DNA of 64,000 nucleotides from the NCBI GenBank assembly GCA_049322915.1, contig JBMOPW010000020.1, forward strand, positions 96,001 to 160,000. Direction: 5' to 3'. Below, piece by piece: positions 9,498 to 19,231 of this stretch; position 1 is the stretch's first letter; every line of letters begins with the position of its first letter. This DNA comes from Candidatus Zhuqueibacterota bacterium (GTDB lineage: Bacteria > Zhuqueibacterota > Zhuqueibacteria > Thermofontimicrobiales > Thermofontimicrobiaceae). The notes under the pieces are model-generated. The model made no database searches. It was given only the letters and a program-made list of their open reading frames with translations, and was not told the DNA's origin. The position numbers and the translations under genes were made by a program.

Positions 9498-11315
9498 TCA
9501 TCCGGGCTGCCTGGCGATGGCGTTTTCATCCAGCGCATGAATGACCCGAACGACCGGATACAAATCTTTTTCCCTGTCCCAATAGGGCGATCGTTCGTAG
9601 AAGAAATGCAATCTCGCCCGTGGATTCTCCGCGAAATTCTTATCCGCATGCAACCGCTGTTCAAATTCCCGCCTGATCTCGGGATTGTTATTCAGCATTT
9701 CCTGAGCTAACGGCTCCATCATATAGTCTTCAACGTATTCCCGCTGTTCAAAAATCGTGTTGAAAAATCCCCATCCCACCAGCGCATCCGGCGCCTGGGG
9801 TTCGAGCATGTGCATGATGATTTTCGATTCAGGGCAGCCCAACGGCACGTAATAGGTTCCGGCCGGAAATGTCCGCGTGGATTTTTCACCGTGGGTTTTA
9901 TAGCTGACCAATTGCCTCCCCTCGTAGGGTTCGGTTCGGAATTTCACGTCTGTGAAGCGATAGCCTTCGAATTCCTCGGTGACCGGTTGCGTGAGTCGGG
10001 ATATTTTTACGCCGTGGCATTTCAGCACATCGATCACTTCGGTCCATTGTTGGGGAATCAGGTAGCCCAGCGCAGGGACAATGGTGACTCCCGGCGTGAC
10101 GGTTTCGAACAACACGGATGTGACGTTCCTCGGCTGCTGACGGTAGCTGAGGTAGTCCGCATTGGAGACCAACCCTTTTTTGACCTCAATTTCATAGCCC
10201 CGAAAGAGAAAGGTATCGCCGACATCGGTGCGGGTGATGTAGTTCAGGGCAAATGATTTTCCCGGATCGAAAAGCGCTCCTAATGAAGCCGCTCGTTCGT
10301 CTTCATTCTTCACCGCCTGTAATAATTTTTCAGGATGTTTGGCTATCTCCATCAGCCCGACCAGAATGAAATCATAGGTCGCGGCAACGCGCGCCGGATA
10401 CGGTTTGAGACTGTGCGTCTCGATCAGCATGCCGGCGCGGTTTCGCACCGTGGCGTACGGATTGGAAAGCATGGGTCGCCAGACGCCGCCCATCAGTCCT
10501 TTTTCAGGATGAAGCTGATCGATGAGGCCGGCAAAAGGACCGACCAGATGGCCGCGAGCTTCGAAGGCCGGCAGGACGGCCGGCAGAAATTCATCCCGCG
10601 CCCAGGCAGAAACAGCGCCGCCAAAATCCGGGTGCGTATCGATTTTATAGGTCAGCACGTATTGAAAATCCAGTCCGTCGGTGGTGTGGCAATCATAGAA
10701 CAGATGGGGCTGCCACGCCCGATACAGAGCCAGCCAGGCGCGCATTTCCGGGGCATCGGCTTTGACAAAATCGCGATTGAGATTCAGGCGCGTTGCTGTG
10801 ACGCGCCAGCCCATCTCCGTGGGGCCGTTCTGATTGATGCGATTGTACGGCCCGAAAGCCTCGTGACCATCCACGTTGAAAATCGGGATGATGAGGATGT
10901 CCATGCGTTCAAAGATTTCCGGATAACGATTGTGAATCAGCATATCCCGGGCCAGCATCATGGCGGCGTCCTTGCCTTCGGATTCACCGGGGTGAATGCA
11001 GCACTGGATGAGGACAATCGGTCGCCCGCTGCGAGCAGCTTTTTCCGGAGTGAAATTCATGTCCGAGGAAATGATGAACAGCAACAGCACGCGGCCTTCC
11101 GGGCTCAGCCCGAAGCTCGTCAATTGCGCGAATTGCGACGCCGCATCCAGCCGCTGGAAAAATTCCTGAGTCTCGGCGAACCGGGGCGTTTCAAGGTTGC
11201 CTGATTTTTCGTAATAGGTCTGCCAATCCTGATCCGGGTTTGTCCGCTCGGAGCGACAGGCGACCAGCATGGTTGCGCAGGCCATGATCAGGACTAAAAT
11301 GTGAGTGCGTTTCAT
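9498..11315 (-). CDS. M14-family zinc carboxypeptidase, lipoprotein
   Basis: Lipobox LVAC; IHPGE (HxxE), NLNRDF, DCH and LIETH motifs. Confidence 0.87.
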   Translation of the reverse strand: MKRTHILVLIMACATMLVACRSERTNPDQDWQTYYEKSGNLETPRFAETQEFFQRLDAASQFAQLTSFGLSPEGRVLLLFIISSDMNFTPEKAARSGRPIVLIQCCIHPGESEGKDAAMMLARDMLIHNRYPEIFERMDILIIPIFNVDGHEAFGPYNRINQNGPTEMGWRVTATRLNLNRDFVKADAPEMRAWLALYRAWQPHLFYDCHTTDGLDFQYVLTYKIDTHPDFGGAVSAWARDEFLPAVLPAFEARGHLVGPFAGLIDQLHPEKGLMGGVWRPMLSNPYATVRNRAGMLIETHSLKPYPARVAATYDFILVGLMEIAKHPEKLLQAVKNEDERAASLGALFDPGKSFALNYITRTDVGDTFLFRGYEIEVKKGLVSNADYLSYRQQPRNVTSVLFETVTPGVTIVPALGYLIPQQWTEVIDVLKCHGVKISRLTQPVTEEFEGYRFTDVKFRTEPYEGRQLVSYKTHGEKSTRTFPAGTYYVPLGCPESKIIMHMLEPQAPDALVGWGFFNTIFEQREYVEDYMMEPLAQEMLNNNPEIRREFEQRLHADKNFAENPRARLHFFYERSPYWDREKDLYPVVRVIHALDENAIARQPG

Positions 11316-11333
11316 GGTTTTTTCCTCATAAAA

Positions 11334-12350
11334 TTAGTGGTCGGTTGAAGCGGGTAACAGCGTATGAATTGTGATTTCAGGCGGGCAGAAAAATCGGACT
11401 GGAACGCCTGAAGAGCCTGCCCCGGTGGAAGTGTAGCCGTACATGGATTCGTATCGCCAACTCCGCGCGGCAAACCGGCGGGGGCAGGAAACATTCAGAA
11501 AAATGGGAATCCGACCGGGCAGGCACACCTGGCCGCCGTGCGTGTGCCCGGCGAGATAGACATTGAATCCCAGCCGGTGCGCCGATTTGTACAGCTCCGG
11601 CGAATGGGCCAGAAGAATTTTCACCTCTTCGTGCGCAATCGCTTTGACTGCGCGATCCAGGTCGTGCAGCCCATAGAAATGGGGATCGTCCACACCGGCC
11701 AGGCCCAGTGAACTGCCATCGCGCTGAATGCGAGCGGATTCGTTGAGCAGCATCCGGATATCCAGTTGCTCGAGGTAGGGGACCATTTCGATAAAATCGT
11801 GATTGCCAAGTATGGCGTACACCCCGTGGCGGCAGTCCAGGTGCGGACGAATTTTCTCGATGTCGGCCATGGAGCGCTCGTATTTGCCCTGAGTGAGCAG
11901 CCGGAAATCGCCGGTGATGACGCACAGATCGAACGATGCGCCGGCCAATCGCCTGATAATCAGGTCCGGCAGAATCGGATCGATATCGAGGTGCATGTCG
12001 CTGAGATGAAGTATCCTGAAATTGTGGAAGCGCACCGGGAGATTGGGGATTTCAATCCGGTTTTCGGTGAGCTCGATCTGCTGGAAATTTTTATAGCCCA
12101 GCCGGTATAGCCCGGTCGCTTTGAAGGCGAATTCCGAAATGGTAGAAATCCAATCGATATTTTCGAAATGAAAATGGCCGACGCCCTTGCCGAAGTAGCG
12201 GGTGATGTGGTCTATCTGACGGGTCAGGCGTTTCTCCAAAAACCCGGGCTCGAACCTGTCCAGCAGCGCCTTTATGTCCGGCCTCAAGAGCGAGGGTGCA
12301 TGGGGCGAATCTGAATCGCCTGAATGGAACGTTTTCGAATGATGCGTCAT
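11334..12350 (-). CDS. Calcineurin-like metallophosphoesterase
   Basis: SDMH, TGDF, GNHD, LAHSP and GHTHGGQ motifs. Confidence 0.92.
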   Translation of the reverse strand: MTHHSKTFHSGDSDSPHAPSLLRPDIKALLDRFEPGFLEKRLTRQIDHITRYFGKGVGHFHFENIDWISTISEFAFKATGLYRLGYKNFQQIELTENRIEIPNLPVRFHNFRILHLSDMHLDIDPILPDLIIRRLAGASFDLCVITGDFRLLTQGKYERSMADIEKIRPHLDCRHGVYAILGNHDFIEMVPYLEQLDIRMLLNESARIQRDGSSLGLAGVDDPHFYGLHDLDRAVKAIAHEEVKILLAHSPELYKSAHRLGFNVYLAGHTHGGQVCLPGRIPIFLNVSCPRRFAARSWRYESMYGYTSTGAGSSGVPVRFFCPPEITIHTLLPASTDH

Positions 12351-12515
12351 GGTCGTGTTCCCAGTTAACTCAGTTTCCGATGAATTCAGGGTTTGTTTTC
12401 AAAATGTGTTTTCAATCGTCATGGCTCCATAAATTGAATCGGATGATTTTCATGAATCTGGCCGACGCCAGGGCGTACTGTGCAGCGCCGGCTGTCACAT
12501 TGCCGGCGGCTGCGA

Positions 12516-14318
12516 TTAAAACGCCTGTCCCACAGAGAAGTAAAACTCGCCGGCTGACTCGCCCGGCTGCCGATCGAATTTGCGGCTGTAGTCCACGCGC
12601 AAAATTCCCAGCGGCGAGTGATAGCGCAGGCCCAGTCCGGCGCCGCCGCGAAGTTCCACAGGGGATAAAAACGAACGGTTCGGCCAGACATTTCCGACAT
12701 CGGCAAAGGCGATGAAGCTGAATTTTTTAATCACCAGATACCGCAGCTCGATCAGATTGAGCGTGAGGAAGATATTGCCGCCGATGGGATTATCGTCCTC
12801 GTTTTTGGGACCGAGAAATTTCTCTTTGAATCCCCGCACCGAGTTGGCGCCGCCATTGAAAAACCGCTCCTGAATGGGTACGGTTTTGGACACGCCGTAA
12901 TTGCCCATCCAGCCCCAGCTCACAGCCGAGGCAATCACAAATCTGGACGTGATGGGAATGAACTGCCGGCGTCGACCGGTCAATTTGATGAACGTGGACG
13001 TGCCCTGCAGAAACGCGCCAGCGCTTTCAATGTCCAGCGACGAGAGCGAGCCTCTGGTCGTGTTGATCATATCGTCCCGCGAATCGCGGGTGACTGTGAA
13101 TATCAAGCTGCGCGTGCTGCCTTTTTCATTCTCTTTCAGCGGTTGACTGAGATCGTTGAGATCCACATCGACGATCTCGTAGCGATAGGCCAGGGACAGA
13201 TTGGAGAAATGTCCCAGCTTTCGGCCGAATGTCAGTCGGATGCCGTGCCGGTTGATGTTGTATCCCGGCTCTTCCCTGCGCTCAACGAAGCCATTGAAAT
13301 CGGTCTTTGTTCGCGTGGAAAATAGCCAGGGATCCGTGAATGACGCTTCGACCCGACGGGTGATGAAACTGGCGAATGTGGCCAGGCCAACCTGCTGCGC
13401 TCTTCCCATCAGATTATTTTGCAGCAATTCCCCTGAACCGCGCCATTTATCCAGTGTACCCCAGCCCAGACCGAAATTCAATTCGGCATTCTGCTTTTCG
13501 GTCACTTCGATCTGAATATCGCGAACGCCGGGCGCTCCCGGTGATTTCTCCATCGGTTTGATGAAGATGCTCTGGAACAGTCCGGTCAAATAGAGCTGCC
13601 GCTGACTCCGGAGTATTTTTTCATAATGATAAATATCACCGGTCTTGAAAACAAGCTCCCGCAAAATGACGTGCGGCCTGGTCTTTTTCAATCCGTTGAT
13701 TTTAATGGCGCCGATTTTCACCTGCGGTCCTTCGCTGATATTGAAATCGATCAGTATTTCATGTTTCTCCGGACTGGCTTTCAACGATGGCCGGATATCC
13801 GCTTCGATGTACCCCTGATTGGCGTACAGGATCAACAGGTTGTAATTGTCCTTTTCGAGCATCTGCTTCTTGAAAGGCTTGTTGATCCCGGACGTGATGG
13901 CGCGGAACAGGACCGGGTCGCTGAAAACGTGATTGCCGAAGAACGAGATGCCGGCAATGGTGGTGATTGCGCCTTCGTTGATTTCAATTTTCAAATCGAC
14001 CTGATTTTTCAGGCTATCGATTTTAATCTGATAATTTTTAATGGCCGCTTCCAGAAAACCTTCGTTGTGGTAGAAGCTGAGAATCACATTCAGGTCATCC
14101 AAAAAAAGGTTGCGCTGAAAGAAATCGCGGTTCAACCAGGAATGCTTTCGGGTGAGCATGATTTTTTTGAGGCTGCCCGCCTGATACGCTGCATTGCCGA
14201 TGAATTGGATATCGTTGACTTTGTATTTCCCCTGGCCTGAGGCAAAGGCCGGCGTCAGGAACGCCGCCAAAGCGCTGGCGAGGAGCAACAGCCGATTGAT
14301 AGAGCGCGAATTGACCAT
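12516..14318 (-). CDS. tamA: Omp85-family outer-membrane assembly factor (TamA-like, about three POTRA domains)
   Basis: Signal peptide, POTRA-like repeats (YHNEGF, YANQGY), SVRGF motif, SPLGILRVD and C-terminal F; adjacent to tamB. Confidence 0.8.
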   Translation of the reverse strand: MVNSRSINRLLLLASALAAFLTPAFASGQGKYKVNDIQFIGNAAYQAGSLKKIMLTRKHSWLNRDFFQRNLFLDDLNVILSFYHNEGFLEAAIKNYQIKIDSLKNQVDLKIEINEGAITTIAGISFFGNHVFSDPVLFRAITSGINKPFKKQMLEKDNYNLLILYANQGYIEADIRPSLKASPEKHEILIDFNISEGPQVKIGAIKINGLKKTRPHVILRELVFKTGDIYHYEKILRSQRQLYLTGLFQSIFIKPMEKSPGAPGVRDIQIEVTEKQNAELNFGLGWGTLDKWRGSGELLQNNLMGRAQQVGLATFASFITRRVEASFTDPWLFSTRTKTDFNGFVERREEPGYNINRHGIRLTFGRKLGHFSNLSLAYRYEIVDVDLNDLSQPLKENEKGSTRSLIFTVTRDSRDDMINTTRGSLSSLDIESAGAFLQGTSTFIKLTGRRRQFIPITSRFVIASAVSWGWMGNYGVSKTVPIQERFFNGGANSVRGFKEKFLGPKNEDDNPIGGNIFLTLNLIELRYLVIKKFSFIAFADVGNVWPNRSFLSPVELRGGAGLGLRYHSPLGILRVDYSRKFDRQPGESAGEFYFSVGQAF

Positions 14319-14324
14319 GTCGAT

Positions 14325-17300
14325 TTAATGAAATTTGAAGTTAAATTTCAGGTCGAGCCCGGATTTGCCTGTCTGACCTGTATTGCCAATGACGGACAGA
14401 TGTTTGTAAAGCTGATATCCCAGCTTGATTTGCTGTTCATTGGCGTGGCCGACAACCGTTGAATACGTGAGGTTGATGCGGTCGGATAGCTGCTTGGTGG
14501 CTGTCAGTCTCGGCCCCCAGTTTTTATCGACCTGAAAAAGATTGCCCTCGATTGAAATGCTCTCCAGCGAAAGCGTTCGGCCAATTTGCTGTTCCGTCAT
14601 CCCGGCAATTCGCTGGCTGGTGAATTCTTTGAACCGGTCCACGAGCAAGTCCTGAAATGTCGATGTCTTGCCGGCCTCCAGGCCGGTGAATAATGTCCCT
14701 CGGGTGCGCCCCACGGTCAGCATGGCTACAATGTCCGCTTTATCCAGCGAGGGATTGGACGTCAGTACCAGGTCCGGCTTTTCCATCTGTCCGGAAATTT
14801 TCAGAGTGATCTCGTAGCTTGTCTCCTTGATGGCCTGATAATCCGTCACCGTGCAGGTCGCCGTCAGATTGATGTGCGGATTGATCCGTTGCGGGTCGGT
14901 AAAATCGATCAATCCTTCGGTGATTTTGAATTTCCGGTCCAGGTAAAGCACATATCCCTTCTTCACCTCGAGCCGACCGGAGACATTCGGACGGGCGGCT
15001 GTCCCGAAAATATTGAGATTGGAACTCATTTTTATTTTGGCGATGTTGTTATCGATCCAGACGTTCTCCTGCCCCTGGACATTGACGTCCAGCAGCATGT
15101 TGTCGAGGATGCCGGCGACTTGCTGCGACGGACGCTTGGGCCATCGATTCAGCAGTTCTTCCAGTTTCGGCTTGAAATCCATCGTGTATTTCGCCTCGCT
15201 CAAATGAATGGCGCCCTTCAATTTCAGATTCTCTTCATCCTGAGTCAGCGTCAGATTGCCGTCCAGGATGCTCAATTTGAAGAGGTCGGAATGCGTCACC
15301 GTCGCCTTATTCAATTTCAGCGTGAATGAAGAATGGGTCAGTTTGTTGTCAGCGAGATGCGTTCGGCCAAAGAGCGCGAACGTCCCGTCGCCCAGGGCGC
15401 CGGAAAAATCGTCCAAAACCAGTTCATTATCCTGGGCCTGCATCGCTAAATTGATCGCCTGAATCGGCGTTTCCACATTGCGAAATTTCACCAGGCCATG
15501 TTGCACGAAGAAATAGCCATTGATGCGCGGCGCTGCAACTGGCCCGGCGACAAAGATTTTGCAGTTGGCCGATCCTTCGATAGTTTCCAGCGACGGCGCA
15601 AAGGGCGCTAACCAATCCAGATTCAGATTCCCGGCAGCGGCGAAGAAGTTCATTTCCTGAGTTTGCCCGGCGGATGCTTCCTGCGGAAAATCAACGGGCA
15701 GTGAGCCGCCAAATTTGACCCATCCATCATTGATTTTGAAACCGGATTCCGAGAATTTCAGCAACCCCCCTGTCCAACGGGCGCTGATTTGCAGGGAATC
15801 CAGGAGCGCCTCGGCCAATCCGATCTGATTGCTTTTGGCGCTGGCGTAAATCACCGGGGTGTCGGCTGAATCGGAATAGGAAAAAGATAATTCCGCCTCG
15901 CCGGCGAGAGTGACGTCCATCGAAAACAGTTCGGCGAGGGAGCCGAGATTCAGGCGATTGATTCGAAGGACGGCGTGCTTTTTTTCATCCGAAATATACC
16001 GGGCATCGAGCGCGATGTCGGCCACATCGGAAATCGAGCCATGCAACGAGCCGGCATACCCCTTTGTTTCCAGCAGTTCCATGACTCCCTGAAAAGAGAA
16101 TGGAGCGTTTTTCAGTCGGCCGGTGAACTGCTGCAATTGAATCCGGCGATCGTGGCATTGGGCGTGCACCGTTGCGGTGTCAATGGCTGCCAGCGCGGCT
16201 GAAAGAAATTTTCCATTCCGGATGTCGAGAAATCCATCGATTTCTCCCTGCAGGGCCGGGCCAGCCGCTGTCAACGCCGCTGTCAGTTCGCCGGCGATGG
16301 AGAAGGAATCCGGCAAAAACGGGTTGAGCCGTGTCAAATCGAAATGGTCGGCGACCAGCGTCAGCCGCGAGTCCGGTGACGCCGGCAGGTCAGCGAGACG
16401 TCCGTCAAAGGGCAAGCGCCCGTTGATCTCGATCATGCCGCCAGCATGCGAGGCGCGCACGCGGTGCAGCGTCAGCATTTCATCGGCGAATTCGATGTGA
16501 CCGGCGAGGGAGTCCAGCCGGGTGGTCGGCGACCCCAGATGGGATGTCGTCCATTCGAGCGCGATGTGGGGAGCGCGCAGGGGACCGGTCACAGCGCAGG
16601 CGAATGTCAACGCGCCGTCCAGTTCGGTGGGAAAGGACGCCAGTTCGAGCAGCGGAGCGATGCGAATCGCTTCGCCGGAGATGACGCCATTGACGGCGCC
16701 GCGGTTGAATGCGCCGGCGATGGTCAATTCACCGGCAGGCCGGGGAGAGGCGGCGGAATCGCCTTCGAACAATTGCACCGTCACGTCCGCGAACAGAGGC
16801 TGCGGCGCATCGATTTCTCCGCAAATCACAACCTGATTCGCTGCTTTGCTGGCCAGTATCCGATGGATGATAATTTTCTGGTCAGCGTAGGAGGCATGGA
16901 GCGACAGGCTATCCAGCGTGAAAGCATTGAGCCGGCAATTCTCCCAGCGCAAGTTTCCCGATGCCTGCAGTTGTTCGAGGCTGCCATTGGCCGCGACTTC
17001 GTACTGAAGCCGGCCGCTCATGGAATCGATGGGGCTGTCGGAGTTCAGGGCGCTCAGGTTCTCGGTTCGTCCCGCCGCCTGAAAATTATTCACAATAAGG
17101 CCGCTGTCCAGATAGGCAATGCTGCCGCGAGCATAACCTATCGGGAACTGGCTGAAATGTCCGTCCTGAAAAGTGAAATCGAGCGCTGCGGCCGGATGCT
17201 GTACTGTCCCGGAAACCTGGCCCTCAAAATCGAATTGCCCGTTGACATGCTGCACATTGAACAGCCCGGCGATGGATTCGATAGAGGAGAATGCGCCTCG

Positions 17301-18671
17301 AAACTTCGCCTGAATTGTGCTATTCGGGCGCACCTGCCCGCGAAGCGCAAACTGCGAATTTCCCTGGCGCAGTTCACAGGAAATGTCCCCACGGTCGATT
17401 GTGAAGCCGGCGTTGACATCGCCATAGCGCTGAGTTTGATTGACGATATTGCTGATCGTGAGACGACCCTGACCCATCGCGCTGGTCCATGCATCGGCGG
17501 CGCCGCTGAACTGAAGCTCGCCGGAAACTACGCCCCGTGGCGTCTGCGTGTTTTCATGGTACAGGATGGGCAGCATTTCACTCAGATGAAAATTGCTGAA
17601 TGCAGTTCGAAATGAAAATTGTGGCGTTGCATTTTCAACGGAAAGGGAGCCGCTACAGGCCATGTGCCCGTTGAAAGCGTTGACCGAAAAACGGGACAGG
17701 GTATAGGCGCCGTGAGCTGCGCGCCCGTCGGCGCTCAGTTCACGGATGGGAATGCCGTACAATGTGCCGGATGGTATGATCATTCGGACGTCGGCGTCGA
17801 GCTGACGCAGCGGCCCTTCCAGATGCGCATGCGCTTTCAGTTCCCCGCTGAAAGAACGTAGTGAGTCGTTGCTTTGCAGGGCTAACAACGGATTGAGCAG
17901 CGCAAGATTCACAACAGCATCCAGATTGCCATGCGACAGGGATGCGGATTTTAAATCGTATTTCCCGGAAGAAATGAGGGAGATATTTGCAGTACGAAGG
18001 CGCAGAGACGAGAGATTGAGGGTATCGGAAACAAGTGCAAAGTGGAGTTCCAGCGCATCTATCGGCTCGTTGAATCCTCGCCAACCCAGGCTTCCCCGGT
18101 CGATTTTCAATTCACCGACATAGCGATTGGAGACCGTGATCGAATTGAGCGTTGCGTTGATTTGGGGGAGTGTGATTTGTAGCGAATCCACGATGTCATG
18201 GTAATGCACGCTCAGATTGCTGATGTGCAGATGATCGATGTGCACGCTCATCCCTGTCTTGCCTGAGGCTTCGGCCGGGGCGTGATCCGATTTCCCTCGC
18301 CGGAGCGGTTGCGGCAGATTGTAGTCACCCTGTGAATCCTGGTAGATGTGGATCCGGGGCGACGTCAGCTCGATGGACGAGATAGCAATCTTCCCGGCCA
18401 CGAATCCCCAGAGGCTGTATTTCACCAGGATCCGATCGCAGGACACAAAGCGATGTGACGAATCGGCCTGGCTGAAATTCTGAATTCGCACATGGCTGAA
18501 CAGGTCCGTGCGCAGATCGCCCACAGTGACCTGCTGGCCGAAATATGCGCTCAACTCAGACTCCAGCGTCTGCCTCAGCAATTTCTGCCCGGGCGGTATC
18601 CGGAAAAAAATGTAACCGTTCACGAGAATCACGATAATCCCTATAGCGATTCGTGTCACAAATCGTTTCAT
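14325..18671 (-). CDS. tamB: Translocation and assembly module TamB (DUF490-type C-terminus)
   Basis: 1448 aa, N-terminal TM anchor, repetitive beta-rich body; C-terminal LTSNPSL..ADI.AML and LGYQL...GLDLKFNF. Confidence 0.85.
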   Translation of the reverse strand: MKRFVTRIAIGIIVILVNGYIFFRIPPGQKLLRQTLESELSAYFGQQVTVGDLRTDLFSHVRIQNFSQADSSHRFVSCDRILVKYSLWGFVAGKIAISSIELTSPRIHIYQDSQGDYNLPQPLRRGKSDHAPAEASGKTGMSVHIDHLHISNLSVHYHDIVDSLQITLPQINATLNSITVSNRYVGELKIDRGSLGWRGFNEPIDALELHFALVSDTLNLSSLRLRTANISLISSGKYDLKSASLSHGNLDAVVNLALLNPLLALQSNDSLRSFSGELKAHAHLEGPLRQLDADVRMIIPSGTLYGIPIRELSADGRAAHGAYTLSRFSVNAFNGHMACSGSLSVENATPQFSFRTAFSNFHLSEMLPILYHENTQTPRGVVSGELQFSGAADAWTSAMGQGRLTISNIVNQTQRYGDVNAGFTIDRGDISCELRQGNSQFALRGQVRPNSTIQAKFRGAFSSIESIAGLFNVQHVNGQFDFEGQVSGTVQHPAAALDFTFQDGHFSQFPIGYARGSIAYLDSGLIVNNFQAAGRTENLSALNSDSPIDSMSGRLQYEVAANGSLEQLQASGNLRWENCRLNAFTLDSLSLHASYADQKIIIHRILASKAANQVVICGEIDAPQPLFADVTVQLFEGDSAASPRPAGELTIAGAFNRGAVNGVISGEAIRIAPLLELASFPTELDGALTFACAVTGPLRAPHIALEWTTSHLGSPTTRLDSLAGHIEFADEMLTLHRVRASHAGGMIEINGRLPFDGRLADLPASPDSRLTLVADHFDLTRLNPFLPDSFSIAGELTAALTAAGPALQGEIDGFLDIRNGKFLSAALAAIDTATVHAQCHDRRIQLQQFTGRLKNAPFSFQGVMELLETKGYAGSLHGSISDVADIALDARYISDEKKHAVLRINRLNLGSLAELFSMDVTLAGEAELSFSYSDSADTPVIYASAKSNQIGLAEALLDSLQISARWTGGLLKFSESGFKINDGWVKFGGSLPVDFPQEASAGQTQEMNFFAAAGNLNLDWLAPFAPSLETIEGSANCKIFVAGPVAAPRINGYFFVQHGLVKFRNVETPIQAINLAMQAQDNELVLDDFSGALGDGTFALFGRTHLADNKLTHSSFTLKLNKATVTHSDLFKLSILDGNLTLTQDEENLKLKGAIHLSEAKYTMDFKPKLEELLNRWPKRPSQQVAGILDNMLLDVNVQGQENVWIDNNIAKIKMSSNLNIFGTAARPNVSGRLEVKKGYVLYLDRKFKITEGLIDFTDPQRINPHINLTATCTVTDYQAIKETSYEITLKISGQMEKPDLVLTSNPSLDKADIVAMLTVGRTRGTLFTGLEAGKTSTFQDLLVDRFKEFTSQRIAGMTEQQIGRTLSLESISIEGNLFQVDKNWGPRLTATKQLSDRINLTYSTVVGHANEQQIKLGYQLYKHLSVIGNTGQTGKSGLDLKFNFKFH

Positions 18672-19155
18672 TAGACGACCAGCTTCCCTTTTGAATTGAC
18701 ATCTTAATTATATTTCGGACTCATAAAAGGTATCATTAAATTCGTTTCGAAACAACATAATTATTTTTTATGAATGAATGAGTCCACTCTGAAAAAAATC
18801 AAAGGTAAATTTCTGTTCCCCGACTTAAAAGGCGGGGCTGTTCAAGGTGTCTAACTTTTAACTTTTTCAATTGAATAGCCATGTCATTTATAACGTGGAA
18901 AAGAAATCATAACCAACGTTTCAAAGCCTCATAAGGCTTTTCCTGATGTCCTTTCTCGTCCCGGTTGCTTGTTGAAATGCGCGCGGCGATTTCAGATCGT
19001 GCGGACGCTTTGATCTAAACTACACCGTCCCGGACATAAAATTTGCGCGTGTTCAGGAGAAAGAACTGGCATTATTTCATGGGGCAACAAATTTAAATTT
19101 GTGAACTTGGAGACCCTGGCTGCATGATTAGTAACAAATTCAAATGCAAAATGTT

Positions 19156-19182
19156 TCAAGAATTTTAAGTGACTGTCGATAA
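19156..19182 (+). promoter_or_regulatory. Putative sigma28 (FliA-like) promoter
   Basis: TCAAG-N14-GTCGATAA, about 50 nt upstream of the ATG at 19232. Confidence 0.45.
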
Positions 19183-19231
19183 ATGTATGGAATGTATATT
19201 AATAAAACTATATCCATTTTCTGGAGGAAAA

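Noticed and set aside
10335..11204. 289-aa plus-strand ORF
   Set aside because: Antisense shadow of the M14 peptidase; no motifs or RBS.
16446..17615. 389-aa plus-strand ORF (and similar long antisense ORFs such as 29529-30512, 35810-36583, 55488-56300)
   Set aside because: Each lies wholly opposite well-supported genes and is explained by codon bias in GC-rich coding sequence.
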